A DNA stretch of 64,000 nt from the human T2T-CHM13v2.0 reference genome, Homo sapiens. The notes under the pieces are model-generated. The model saw only the letters and a list, made by a program, of their open reading frames with translations. It was not told the origin of the DNA and did no database searches. Location of the stretch: NCBI RefSeq assembly GCF_009914755.1, contig NC_060928.1; one strand, written 5' to 3'. The translations under genes and the position numbers were made by a program. Position 1 is the first letter of the stretch, and each line of letters starts with the position of its first letter. Of the stretch, positions 12,645 to 25,362 are shown piece after piece.

Positions 12645-13957
12645 TTTTTCAGAAGAACCATCTATCTTTTCACTACCTCCAATCTATGCTACTCTGGAGT
12701 ATATCCTAAGTCACTGGAACTACTTTGACCCTCTGACTCTGGAGAAAAAACCCCTCATAGCCCTCTGCAAAAAGGGTTGGCCAGATTATAATCTGCAGGA
12801 GAACTAGCTTCACCTCAGGAAAGAAGCATTCATTTCATTTCAATACCATCCTGCAGTTGAACCGTTTCTGTAAATGTGAGGGCGAATGGTCTAAAGCCCC
12901 ATATGTGCAGGCTTTCTTTATCTTTCAGGGTAATCCAGACCTTTGCTGACAGTGCAGGATTGATCCAGCACTACTATTCGCCATCTCAAAAGAGGCTGCA
13001 AGGGGCTATCCCAGGGAACTAAAGAAATAAACCCCAGAGGCATCTCCAGCAGGGGAGCCATCTCCCTCCAGCCCTGCTTCTCTGGGTCTACCCCATCCTC
13101 CCTATGCAGCTACTCTCTCTCAGTTGCCTCCTCTTAGAAACCCTCACCCTAGACAAGCCCCAGTCTCACTCTTGCCCTCCAACAGATGCCCGGTGAATCT
13201 GGCCCCAGTAAAGCCCAGGTCTCTTCTCTCTACAGAACCTAAGGCAAATTTAGGGGGATCTTGGCCAGTTTTCAGATAGCCCTGACAGATATACAGAGGC
13301 TTTCCAGAATTTCACCCAAGTATTTGAAGTTTCCTGGCAAGATGTTATTTCACTTTTGAACCAAACCCTAACTAACATTGGGAAGCAGGTTGCTCTGCAA
13401 GTGGCAGAGGGATTTGAAGATGAGCTTTGTATTACATATAGTGTTAAAAAATGGGGTCAAACCTCTGCCTTCCTGGAAAGGTTAAGAGAGGCCTTGGTAA
13501 AGCACACCTCTCTATATCCTGATTCAGTCAAGAGATAGCTAACCCTAAAGGATAAATGTATTACTCAGGCAGCCCCTAACATCAGGAGGAAGCTGCAGGA
13601 ACAGGCTCTGGAACCAAGCATTACTTTAGAGAACCTCCTAAAAGTGGCCACCTCGGTCTTTTATAATAGAAATAGGGAGGCCCAGGAGAAAGAGGGGGAA
13701 AACAGGAAAGAGGCAGAGGCTGTGATGGCCACCACGCAAGCCCACAAACCTAACAATCCCTGAGGTGCACCTGTTAACTGCTACAGATGTGGTAAGCCAG
13801 GACATTTTAGCATTTTAGGAAGGATTGCCCAGGCAGAATGAGGAAGCCACCTCAACCCTGTTCAATCTGTAATGGACACCACTGGAAGGTGAACTGTTCC
13901 TGTGAATGCTGGTCACTGGGTCTGGAATCAGTCTCCCAAATGGACCAGCAGGACTAA
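12645..13957 (+). pseudogene. gag: Decayed ERV gag (MA, partial CA, NC)
   Basis: [76 protein letters not shown] and CSICNGHHWKVNC; ends QQD-stop. Many stops and frameshifts. Confidence 0.85.
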
Positions 13958-16900
13958 TGGGTCCTGGGGCTCCTCTCCCCAGCTCCAGTGGTCCAGAGCA
14001 CCATTACTATCCAGGAGCCCTGGGTAATCCTCGAAATCATAAGGAGAAAAGTAGACCTCCTTTTTGATGCTATGGCTGGTCTCTTGGTTCTCTTCTCCAA
14101 CTTGGGCTCTTTTTCCTCTCTTAGAATGACCCTGGGGGCATCTCAGGAAGGCCCTTAACTGATACTTTCCCCAACCCCTTAGTTTTAGTTGAGGAGACTT
14201 CTTGTTCACCCATGCCTTTCTAATTACGCCTAAAAGTCCAATTTCTCTGTTGGGCAGGAATATTCTGGCCCATAGGGGAACCACCATTCTGATGGCACTA
14301 GGACAAACTTTTTTGTCTCCTCCTGGTTGAGACTAATATTAACTCCAAAGTTTGGGCAATTCAAGGGAAAATTGGCCAAGCCATAAATGCCACACAGTTC
14401 CAGGTCCACCTTAAGGATCCCACCTCCTTTCCTAACCAGAAACAATGTCCCCTGAAACCAGAAGTTAGGAAAGGACTAGAAGTCATCATTAATAACTTAA
14501 GGTTGCAGCACTTCCTCAAATCCTGCAACAGGCCTTATTGTACCCCGATATTGGGGGTACAAAAAGCCAATGGGGAATGGAGGCTAGTTCAGGACATGTG
14601 CCTCATTAATGAGGTTGTGGTCCACTATACCCAGTGGTTCCCAAACTTTGTACCCTATTAGTTCAAATACCTGAGGTAACTAAATGATTCACAGTCTTGG
14701 ATCTAAAGTATGCCTAGAATGCCTTCTTCCGCATACCATTACACCTCAACTCCCAGTATTGTTTTCATTTGAGGATCCCTCTAACCAAAAACTACCCAGT
14801 TAACTTGGATGTTGTTACCTCATGAATTCTGAGACAGCCCCCACTTGTTTGGGCAGGAATTGTCAAGAGATCCTTTCAAGTTCCTTTATCCTCAAGTGTA
14901 TTAGCCTGTTTCCACACTGCTGATCAAGACACACCTGAGACTGCGTAATTTACAAAAGAAAGAGATTTAATTGAATTACAGTTCCACATGGCTGGGGAAG
15001 CTTCATAATCATGGTGGAAGGCAAGGAGGAGCAAGTCCTATATTACATGGATGGCAGCAGACAAAAAGAGCCAGATGAAAGGGGTTTCTCCTTATAAAAC
15101 TGTCAGATCTTGTGAGACTTATTCGGTGCCATGAGAACAGTATGGGAGAAACCACCCCCATGATTCAATTATCTCCTACTGGGTCCCTCCCACAACATGT
15201 GGGAATTATGGGAGTACAATTCAAGATGAGATTTGGGTGGGGACACAAAGCCAAACCATATCATCAGGTTAAAGCTTTACAATACATAAATAACATTCTC
15301 CTCTGTTCTCCAACTGAGAAAAATCTCTCAGGAGGGCAGTATGGCTCTTCTTAATTATCTGGCTAACAGAGAATATAAGGTTTCAAAATTTAAAGCTCAG
15401 CTCTGTCAAACTTCAGTGATGTACATAGGCCTGGACTTGTCAGAGTGTACCAGGGCATGGGGCAAAGAAAGGATTAAGCCCATCACCTCTCTTGCCCTCC
15501 CCCAAATCCTCAAGCAACTGAGGGGATTCTTAGGCATTACAGGATTCTGCAGACTATCAATACCTCGGTATGGTGAAATAGCTTGTCTCTTATATCACCT
15601 AATAAAAGATTCAGGAAACTAAAACTTACTCTCTAATTTGGAACTGGAGGCTAGAAAGGCTTTTAACTAATGAAAACAAGCCTTTCTTAAGGTACCATCC
15701 CTTAGTCTCCCTATATAGAAGATGTTCAACCTTTATGTGTCAGAAAGAAAGGGAATGGCATTGGGAGTTCTAACACAGGCCTGAGGTCCAGCCCAGCAGC
15801 CTAAGTAAAGAGCTTGATTTGATAGCCAAAGGATGGCTGGCCTGCCTCCATGCAGTTGCAGTGATAGCCTTGCTGGTACCAGAGGCTGCTAAGCATGCGG
15901 AATAACTTAACTGTCTACACTTCACATAATGTGGCAGGACTGCTGTCTTCCAAAGGGAGTCTCTGGTAACAGATAATTACCTCCTCAGTTATCAAGCTCT
16001 GCTATTAGAAGGATCTGCAGTTCAACTAAGAACGTGTCCATTTATAAATCCAGCCATTTTTCTCCCAGGGGAAGCTGGGGAGTTTGAACATAACAGATAG
16101 CAGATAGCAGTACAAACCTATGTGGCTAGAGAGGACCTCTTTGAAACCCCCTTAGAGCACCCAAACTGAATTCTCTTTACAGATGATAGTCCTTTTGTAG
16201 AACAAAAGGCTCCATAAAGCAGGGTATGCAATAGTTACTCTGAATAATATTGTTAAGAGTGTGTCTCTCTCCTCAGGCCCAAGTGCTCAACTAGCTGAAC
16301 TAATTGCCCTCATGAGGATGCTTGAATTAAGTGAAGGAAAATCAGTTAACATTTATATTGATTCTAAGTACACTTTCTTAGTCCTCCATGCCCATGTCAC
16401 TATCTGGAAAGAGAGAAACTTCCTCACAGCTAATGGGTCTCCCATTAAATATCATGAGAAAATTGATAGACTATTTTCCGTGTTTTTTCTCCTACAGGAA
16501 GTGGCAGTAATACATTGTAAAGGCCACCATAAAGGTATGGATGAAGTAGCCAAGGGAAATAGTTTGGCAGACCAAGCAGCTAAATCAGCAGTGAGAGGTC
16601 CCCAGATTTCTGATCTACTTGAAGCCACACTGATCTGGGAGGGCCCTATAAGAGAAATAAAACCTCAATATTCTCCACAGAAATAAAATGGGCCATCTCT
16701 CAGAGATACATCTTTCAGTCCTCAGGAAGGCTACAATAGAAGGACAACAAGCTTTATCTACCAGCTGCCAATATATGGAAAGTTCTTAAAAGCCTTCACC
16801 AGGCCTTCCACCTAGGTAAGGGTGAAACCTATCAATTGGCTCAGAGATTGTTCTCAGGTAAAAACCTGATGCAAATGGTTAAATAGGTCATTAACCCTTG

Positions 16901-17820
16901 CAAAACCTGCTTTAAAAGTAATCCCCTTAATCAATGGCTTATTTGCCCAGGAACCCAAAGGATAGGAGGCTACACAGGCGAAGACTAGCAAATGGATTTC
17001 ACCCATATGCCAAAGGCAAGTTGCATCCAGTATGTCCTAGTACAGATAGATACCTTCACTAACTGGGTAGAAGCATTTCCATGTTGGACAGAGAAAGCCT
17101 CTGAGGTAAAAAGAGTACTAATTAATAAGATAATTCCTTGCTTTGGACTTCCTAGGTACCTCCAGAGTGATAATGGTTCCTTATTCAAGGCAGCTGTCTC
17201 CCAGGGGGTCTTAAATGCACTAGCCATACAGTGCTACCTTCTTTGTGTTTGGAAATCACAATTCTCAGGAAAGATTGAAAAAACAAATAATATTATCAAA
17301 AGTCACCTCAAGAAAACTGTCTCAGGAAATTCACCTTTCCTTAACTACCCTTCTCCCCAGAGCCCTACTATGTATTAGAAATACCCCTTCAAAACTAGGT
17401 TTGAGTATGTTTAAAATGATGTATGAATGGCCTTTTCTCACCAATAATTTCTTGCTAGACCAAGAAACCTCTGATTTAATTAAACATATAACTTCTTTGG
17501 CCCCTTTCCAACAGGAACTAAAACAACTGCTGAAGGCTGAATCCTGTGAATTAGGGCCACCTCTATTCAACCCAGGGGACCTAGTACTGGTAAAGCTACT
17601 TCCTTTCCACTCTTTCTCTATAATCCCAAATTGGAAGGAACCTTAAATGTACTTCTCTCTACTCCTATGGCAGTGGAGTTCACTGGAATAGATTCTTAAA
17701 TTCATGATATCCAAGTAAAGGCCTGGGAAGCCAACAGAGTTACCTCCATTAACCCAAAAAAGCACCCAAAGCACCAACGTAAAGAGATAGGGGACCTCAG
17801 CTAACAGTTGCAAAAAATAA
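13958..17820 (+). pseudogene. pol: Decayed ERV pro-pol (protease, RT, RNase H, integrase)
   Basis: GEWRLVQD, FTVLDLK, DSPHLFGQ, LQYINNILL (degenerate YVDD), SAQLAELIAL..NIYIDSKY (RNase H), QMDFTHMP..DTFTNWVEAFP..LQSDNG (integrase). Fragmented across frames. Confidence 0.9.
14897..15263 (-). mobile_element. THE1 solo LTR nested in the RT domain of the provirus
   Basis: tgtattag...gccaaaccatatca with 5-bp TSD tcaag/tcagg. Pol sequence resumes immediately afterwards. Confidence 0.95.
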
Positions 17821-18262
17821 GTGTTAATAATTAACTTTCCAAGACTATAAGTCCTTCTTTATAGTCTTGCCTATGCTTGAAGTTTTCACCTCCGTTCTAT
17901 TCTATACTATGGGGTACAATGTTATTTTCAGAATAATTAGTATATTTCATTTCTTATATCTGTAATCTTTGGCACTAAATTCTCTCATTTTAACTTCTCT
18001 TTGTGTAATACACATATTTAATCCATGCATACTTAATTTTGTGAAATTTGTTTCTTCTTTCCTAGAGGCCATCAAACTCCAATCAGGCAATCAGAGTCTT
18101 GAACAATGGCTCCCTTTTACCAAGGACTGTTAGATAAACCTCTGGGAGGAATGTAACTGCTGTTCTTCCCAAAACAATGCCCCCTGTGAGCAGGAAGTAG
18201 CTAAAACCGGTCATTATCCATATTCTAATGGCAGTTAGATGTGCCTCTTTGGAGGGTGGAAA

Positions 18263-19163
18263 TGGTAGGGACAGGAGTTAGGGAAATCCTAGGCAAAAAA
18301 TGTGGGTCCTCGGCAAGGGCCCAACCCTCAAGCCTGGAACCATGGCCCAAAGTGAGAACATGCATTTCTGTTTTCCTGCTTGAATGTTGCCTTTTCCCAA
18401 ACCATCCTGGCCTGCCCTGCCCCCATCCTGTGCCCATGAAATCCCCAGACTCCACTAGCAGAGAGCAGAGAAGAGGAGAAGGAGCTGGACCTTGGAGACT
18501 ATAGTTTGACATTGGAGAAAAGCAGCTTAACTTCAGAGGAGCAGCTTAACTTCAGAGGAACAGCTTAGCAGCACTGCTTTGGAGAGGAGGCCAGCTGGGG
18601 ATAGCCAGATTCTGGGGGAAGATTATCTTCCCACTCCATCCCCTTCCCAGCTCCTCTTCCCTCTAAGAGCCACTTTATCAGCAATAAAATCCTCAGCATT
18701 CACCACCCTTCAATTTGTGCAATCTGATTTTTCTTGGACGCCAAACAAGAACTCTGGTGCCACAGATGCGGACGCTAAAGTCTGTCACATTGACCCTCTA
18801 CATTTGCTGGTGGAGAGGAACCACCTCACAGGAAAAGGCAGTGGCCCCACTGAACTGTTTAACACTTAAGCCGTGTGCAGACAGCAAAGCTAAAAGAGCA
18901 TTGTAACACACAACCTCTGGGGTTTCGAGGGTAGCAGGCACTCCCCCAAGATGCTGCTGTGGGGCCCACACAAAGTTTTGCTCCTGCCAGCATCCACACT
19001 GGCTCCTGTACTCGCTTACCTGCATGCTCCCTCCTGCGATGGGTTAAGTGCAAGGAGTTCCACTGCAGGAGTTTACCCCTGCAGGTGCTGAAGTGGCCAG
19101 CTAGCTCCAGCACCGGCACTCCGGTTCCCAACTGCGAAATGGTCAGAAAAATTTCCTGCTCCA
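18263..19163 (+). mobile_element. 3' LTR (LTR1-like)
   Basis: Collinear with 10289-11152 and preceded by the PPT ggagggtggaaa. Confidence 0.85.
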
Positions 19164-19788
19164 CCTTCCTGACTAGTTTCTTAAATTTCTATTCCATTAC
19201 AGTGTCAAAGGTGTCAGCCTGATTTTAGTGGTAGTTAAATATAAATTCTATTCATCAAAAATTAGTTGTTTCTTTTACAATTCATTAAACAAATGGTAAT
19301 GAATTTCCAATAATTGTGACTCCAGTGAGCATTAAAGTTAGTTTAAGATGTGATCATCCTTAAGCAAATTACATTCTATACTGGTGAGACAGATGTTAAA
19401 ATATTTGGATCATATTCTATAAATATAAAAAGCTATACTTAAAACTGGAATACTTAATTTATTCACTTTTAATCTAAATTATTTTCAGAAGTTTTTTCAA
19501 ACATAAAATAGTACAATGAAACACAATTTAGTATACAGTTTTGTTCTTTACATTTATCTTAATACTTACATTGGAAAGAGAAGTCATTTTACCTTGTTGT
19601 AATGCAAAATGTATTCCAAAAAAGGCCTCGATATCTTTTATAGTTATTTCATTAACGAGGTGTTCAGTATATCTTAAACTATGTTTCTATTTTCTTTTGA
19701 TATTAGATATTTTGATTCTGTTTCACTCTAAACTTCATTCTTCAAATAAGGCTATGAATGTTTTTGTTCAATAACAGGACATTTGTAG

Positions 19789-20354
19789 TGTATAATAGCA
19801 GAACATGCCACCTTAAAATATGCCACTTTGAGTTGAGGATTATTCTCAGCTGAAGACAATTAAGAAGCAGATACAAGAAAAATTATCTGCTCTGTGTCTA
19901 TTTGCCTAAAAGCAGAAAATAAATTTACAAAGGTGTCTCCCTTCCCTTTTCCTCTGGAAGGACAAAGGTAAATCACTGGAGACAACTCTACACCTTTATT
20001 AATGCAGAAACAGTACCAGAAAATCTACATAACAAACTTTACTACTAGCTCTTATTTTCTTTTAGTTTCCTTACATATTTGCCTTTCCACAATTTACTGC
20101 TCCTGAAAGCTTAAAGTTCTTTTCCTTTGTTTTGTCACCTCTCTAAAAATGTATTGTTCCTTTGTTAAGATCCTAGATAAGCCCAATTCTAATCAATCCT
20201 TGAATAACTCATCTCTGGGTACTTAATTTGTAAACTTTATGCAAATCAGTTTGTTTTTCTTTTGTTAATCTGTCTTTTGTTAGTCCAATTTATGTGGTTC
20301 CAGCCCTAGAACCTGGGAGGGTAGTAGGAAAAAGAACTTTTTTATTCCCCTAGA
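19789..20354 (+). mobile_element. ERV1 solo LTR, MER34/MER39-like
   Basis: agaacatgccaccttaaaatatgccacttt...tttgcctaaaagcag...ttcccctaga, with 4-bp TSD gtag on both sides. Confidence 0.75.
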
Positions 20355-20559
20355 GTAGGAAAACAAGGTATTGCTCTCTTTCTAGTATCTCTTCTGCATA
20401 ATTATAGTCTCCTTATTAATCAGCTTTTCCAAAATCTATGAAATAAAATTCAATGGCAAAAGTCATTGAAGAACTCTGTTAATAAACTTTGATAACATCA
20501 CTGACCGTCTGGAAATCATGCTTGTTTTTATAATAGTGATGATAATGGAGATTACTGTT

Positions 20560-21090
20560 CATTATTGCTACAAGACTTGTAAAATATTTTGGCGTATTAC
20601 CTGATTTAATTATAATTACAAGCATGTGAGGTATTTTTCCCTAATTATGCAGTTAAAAAAACAAGTTTAGACTGATTAAATGACTGCTTTAGGACCACAG
20701 AATGACAAGCGGTTGAGTCAGCGCTTAGATTCAAAAAATTTATAATTGGGTCTTTTTTTATGAAAGATTCCTCCCAAAATACTTGGGGAAAAAAAAACCA
20801 CTCATTTTTATTTACACATACCATAATTTTTGACTATCTGTGGGTCACTGGTTGTCATACTTCATTTTTCAAAAAGAAAGAGGAATGCTCTTAAGAAATG
20901 GATTATACTTTCAACAATGCTTGCATCATACATTTCATGCTTCTAACAAGCCTAAAATTGAGTCATTATCTACTGAATAAACAGAGGTTTCTTCAAGTGA
21001 GGCAACTTATTTAAGGTCATTACATTAGAAAACAACAACAACAAAAAACTCAAATCCAAGCTGTCTGACACCCTATTGTTGCTTCCTTTA
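20560..21090 (-). mobile_element. MIR fragments (about two)
   Basis: MIR core-like segments at 20610-20735 and 20940-21075; heavily diverged. Confidence 0.45.
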
Positions 21091-22718
21091 CAGCTCTACT
21101 GTGGGTAGCAGGACCTTCCACCAGGCTCTTTACTTTGAGTTCCACAATAATTATTTATTTTCCTGTTAATCTCAAGAATTCTCTGAACATATATAGCCTG
21201 GCATTAGGCCAATTACTTGATAAAGTGCATATTTTTCTTATTACAGTACATTCATAGATTCTCCCTTCATGTAAATTCTCCCTTCACGTAAAACTTAATA
21301 AATTTGTTGAAAGATTTTATTCTCGTTCAAACACCTGGATTATGCATGGCTCTTATGAAAGCAATAGCTGACTCTCCTAAGTGATACATATGTGTAAGTT
21401 CTTGGTTATACTAAATCTGGATGGGTAAATCTTCACAGTTCTGAATTAATCTAGGGCACATGTTCTCCTACATCATTATTTAAAAGAAAATATTTTAATA
21501 AACAAGATGTTTAATAATTTAAGTTTGTATTATTTCTATTATATAATTTTTGTTACTGGCGCAACTCAATTTGGTTCAGATACCATCTCATAACTTCTCC
21601 ATAACATGCTTCTTTAAAAGAAAATACAAATTTTATAAAGCACTCAGTTGTATGGGTGCACAAATGGAAAATGTCTCTGATCAAAATTAATTCAGTTGCA
21701 TAACAGCCAATTTGTAACTAGGACAATAACTGCTGACACTGGGTTTGGATGGGAAATAATTTATCAGATAAAAACTAGAGGTCATGGTGCATTTAAGACA
21801 GCTATTTACAGAGCTGAATTTTCTTGCAAAATAATTTAGCTAGGACTTCTGAAGCAATTAATTTATTAAAGGCTGCCATTTATCAGACTAAACCAGACAT
21901 TTCTATTTCCTTCAAATAAGAAACAGATTAGGCCCAATCTATATAGATAGTCTAAGTATTTTACAGCTTATAGTTTAAAAACTTAGTAAAACAGATTAAA
22001 AATAATTGCACAAAACATACCATTAAAAAGATTTTAGGAGATATTACTGTCTAATTTCCTTGGCATAAAATATTTCAAAACCTGACTTAGGCACAAATAT
22101 GTAAGATAGACAGCTATCCCTATGGAGACCATGGTAAATCAATGGAAACTTGACAATGTGTACCTACATGTGTCCTTTTCGATGATTCGATTTTAGAAAA
22201 ATGAAGGGTTAACATAATGTCAAGTAGATCTTTATTTTATTTAAATTTATATAATTTTTTAAACATAAAATATATACTGTATTAATCGTTTCTAAAAGAG
22301 TACTGTCTACACTGTTATCAGTTATTGTGTTTTGTAGAAAGTACATTTACAAATATTGGACTATGTATGTAGCTGTTAAAGTCTATAGTATTATCTTAGT
22401 GTTGTCTAAAATTTGATGTCTTAAAATTTAGTTAATTGCAACTGAATTTCTGATCACATGCTTTTTTATAAAATTAATAATTGCAATGCTAATAAAACAT
22501 AAATTCTACTATGTACAAAATAGGATATTCCTTACGTGACACTTAGCATTATAAACATGAATTATTTAGTGAATTAAAATAACTTTTAAGTTATTTTAGA
22601 CACATAAACATAGAATCGATAATTTCTAAACTTTTGCTTTTCAAGGGATATTTTATTATTACTATAGACATTAGCAAATATTTTTTCCTACAGCTATCAA
22701 TCTAAGGGAGTATGCTAC

Positions 22719-23030
22719 TGAAACAGGAGAGTTTCCTTATCCACCTCTCAGGAAGAAACCACAAGGCTGTGTGGCTCACTCCTTCGGCTGCCCAGCTAAT
22801 CAAACCCTTAGGGGGAGCATGCAGACAAGCAGGTACAGAGGTCATGGAGAGCACTTTTGGGCTCTGGCCCCTCAGCAGCATCTAGGGATGGGTGTCTGTG
22901 ACTCCCAAAGCCCACATGGGCATGTGTTACAGTGTGCTTTTTCAGCTTTACTGTCTGCAGATGGCTTGTGTTAATCAGTTCAGTTAGACCCTCTGCCTTA
23001 TCACGAGGGCAGAGGGCCAGTGTGACAGCA
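22719..23030 (-). mobile_element. 3' fragment of an ERV1 LTR (LTR9/MER61-like, related to LTR1)
   Basis: Begins tgaaacaggagagtttcctt. The segment gtgttacagtgtgctttttcagctttactgtctgcagatggcttgtgtta is the reverse complement of a motif shared with the provirus LTRs at ~10850-10890. Confidence 0.7.
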
Positions 23031-24861
23031 AAGATTACTTTACTGTAGAGAATGGCTGATGTCTTAAAACATCCTACTGAGGATATAAAGGTGACGCTTC
23101 TACATACATACTACCAGAAATACACTACTGGGTGACAGTTTTCTCTAATTCTAATTAATAGATGACCCTATACACAAAAAGACACAGTATTTGACTTTTT
23201 ACAATAATAACATGATTAAATACCTGCATAAGAATAATTTGATGTATCTACTTTCTCAAAAAATTGTTCAAATATTAAAATCCCAAGTCCTGAATAACTT
23301 ATACAGTAGTTTTTTAAATGAGATACATTTCATACAGGATAAGTTGGAAAAGTGTACATTCTATCATGCATAATAGATTTGTTATTTTGTTTAGCACATA
23401 AGATGAAAAAAATGTAACTAAAGAAAGCATATTACAAAGTAGTAATTGTAGTGAGGAAATGTAGAATTTCCTTTTTTGTTGCACAGGGCCTATATTAAGC
23501 AATTTACAGAAATGCGTAGTAAGAAAATAATTTAAATATTGATCATTTATTGAAAAAGATGATAAAAGAACTATGAGTAATATTAAGTTTCTGAATACAG
23601 ATACTTTGCTACAATTTGGAAAAGTCTGTTGATAGTCTAAATGCACCTTCAAATTACACCAAATCAGTATAAAATGCTGAGTCAGTGAACATGCAATCTC
23701 AGAGCTTCAGTATTGAAATGACTCATAAAATGATGGAAATCAAAATGGTTAAGGTAATTTCAAGCAGAAAAATGTACTTCATATTTTATCTACTTGTAAC
23801 ATATGGTTTTGAGAACATAAGAACTTATTGCCTAGTATGTTTCCTTTTTCAGCATTTGACTTAATACTAATATGTAAACATTTCATCCCTTAACTTTATT
23901 CTCTTTCATTTGAATTAGCTGATTATACATCTTAAACTCATTTGTTACTTTTATTTCAATAATATTCTATCAGCACCTATTTTGCTTCCTCTATTGACAT
24001 ATTTTCACTGCCTTGCACCTTCCCAGAGAATATTAAGTCAGTGCTCTAAAGATATGCCCTTTTGTCGCCTACAGAGCTGAGTTGCTCCTTTCATTTTAGA
24101 CTTCCTTCATCTACCATAAAAATGGAATGAAAAGACTGTACTCTCATTTTAAATACAAAACTATTACTACCCTTCAGGAGCTCCTGCCTTCCTTATTTCT
24201 GGATCTTTTTAGGTATACTTATGATAGGTTCCTTAACAAGATTTTTTTCTCTTTTTTTCAGCTTCCTTTGTGATTGAAGGTGGTAGTGAGAGAACTTTTG
24301 TATATTCCGTGTCTGCAGAGCCCTTCTTATCCGATGGCAGAAATTGGTCTCTTCATTGTGCTAAAAAAATTGGTTGCCTTTGCTGCATTTAAAATGGTAC
24401 CAATGGATACTTTTGGCTTAAGAATGTGACGGTCATAAAAGTTTATTGAATTTCATAGTTCCCCCTTGTTCTGCTTATTTTTCTCAAGGGAGATTAATTA
24501 AAAATTTTCTATAGTTTCAAATCACTCTAAATTCTTTATTTTTCTCTGCTCACTTCATTGACTCCCATTACCTAAATTTTAGGCCAAATATAAACATTTC
24601 ATTAAGTGGAATTATTGCGTATGACATTGAAAATAATGCCACGTTGAATATTCACTATAGCCCTGGAGTGAAACTATACAAAACCACCACCACCAATTAA
24701 AAACCCATATATACCTAAACCTTTATGATGAAATATATTTAAGTAGATATTCCTGCACTTTATATGTTTATACATAGATGGAATTGAGAACCAATTTTAA
24801 ATATATAATAGAAGTATTCTATATATATATATATATGCTTTTCAATAGTTAATATTTTAAG

Positions 24862-25362
24862 TGTAAGAGTTAAAGAAAGAGGAAAGAAACACGAAACTTG
24901 GCTTGCAGTTAAAGACAAGTTTTCTTTCGTTAAAACCTGAGACGTGCTCCTGGCCGCTTTCGGTCAGGAGCGCTTTCTCTTACAGACTAAGAGTGCATAG
25001 TGGTTTTTAGGGTGAGGGGGCTTATCAGAAGCTTGGAATGTTCCTGTTTGAGGGAGAAGTTTTACGGCGGAGTTGGAATCTCTGTGGGAGGAGGGGAGTT
25101 CATCTTGGGGCAGGCATCTTTCCGGCCAGAGGGAGGTTATCTCGAGACTGGCATCTTCCTGGAGGAGGGGGTTATCTCAGGGCTAGTATGTCTCTGTTCA
25201 GGAAGGAATTTGTAATGTTTCCGGTTGGAGATGTTATTTGTGATGTATGGTCACGCTGACCCTAGCCATTAGGCTGATGCCCTTTGGCTTTAGGCAGTTT
25301 TTTATTAAGGTGAACTTTAGAATGAGGGGCTTGTCCAAGATGGCAATGCTCCTGCTCTGTCA
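24862..25362 (-). mobile_element. ERV1 solo LTR (LTR15-like)
   Basis: Reverse strand starts tgacagagcaggagcattgccatcttggacaagc. TG...CA ends and a perfect 5-bp TSD ttaag. The subfamily name is from memory. Confidence 0.75.

Larger units (their letters stand above)
10289..19163 (+). mobile_element. Two-LTR ERV1 provirus (LTR1-family LTRs, HUERS-P-type internal region)
   Basis: Homologous LTRs at 10289-11152 and 18263-19163 (TG...CA), tRNA-Pro-like PBS, PPT at 18251-18262, gag-pro-pol remnants, probable 4-bp TSD cttt/cctt. Confidence 0.9.

Noticed and set aside
16261-17646. RNase H and integrase ORFs as a domesticated gene
   Set aside because: They are split by stops and frameshifts, and the upstream RT motif has decayed to YINN.
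21258-21291. 17-bp tandem duplication attctcccttca[t/c]gtaa
   Set aside because: Two copies only; ordinary slippage.
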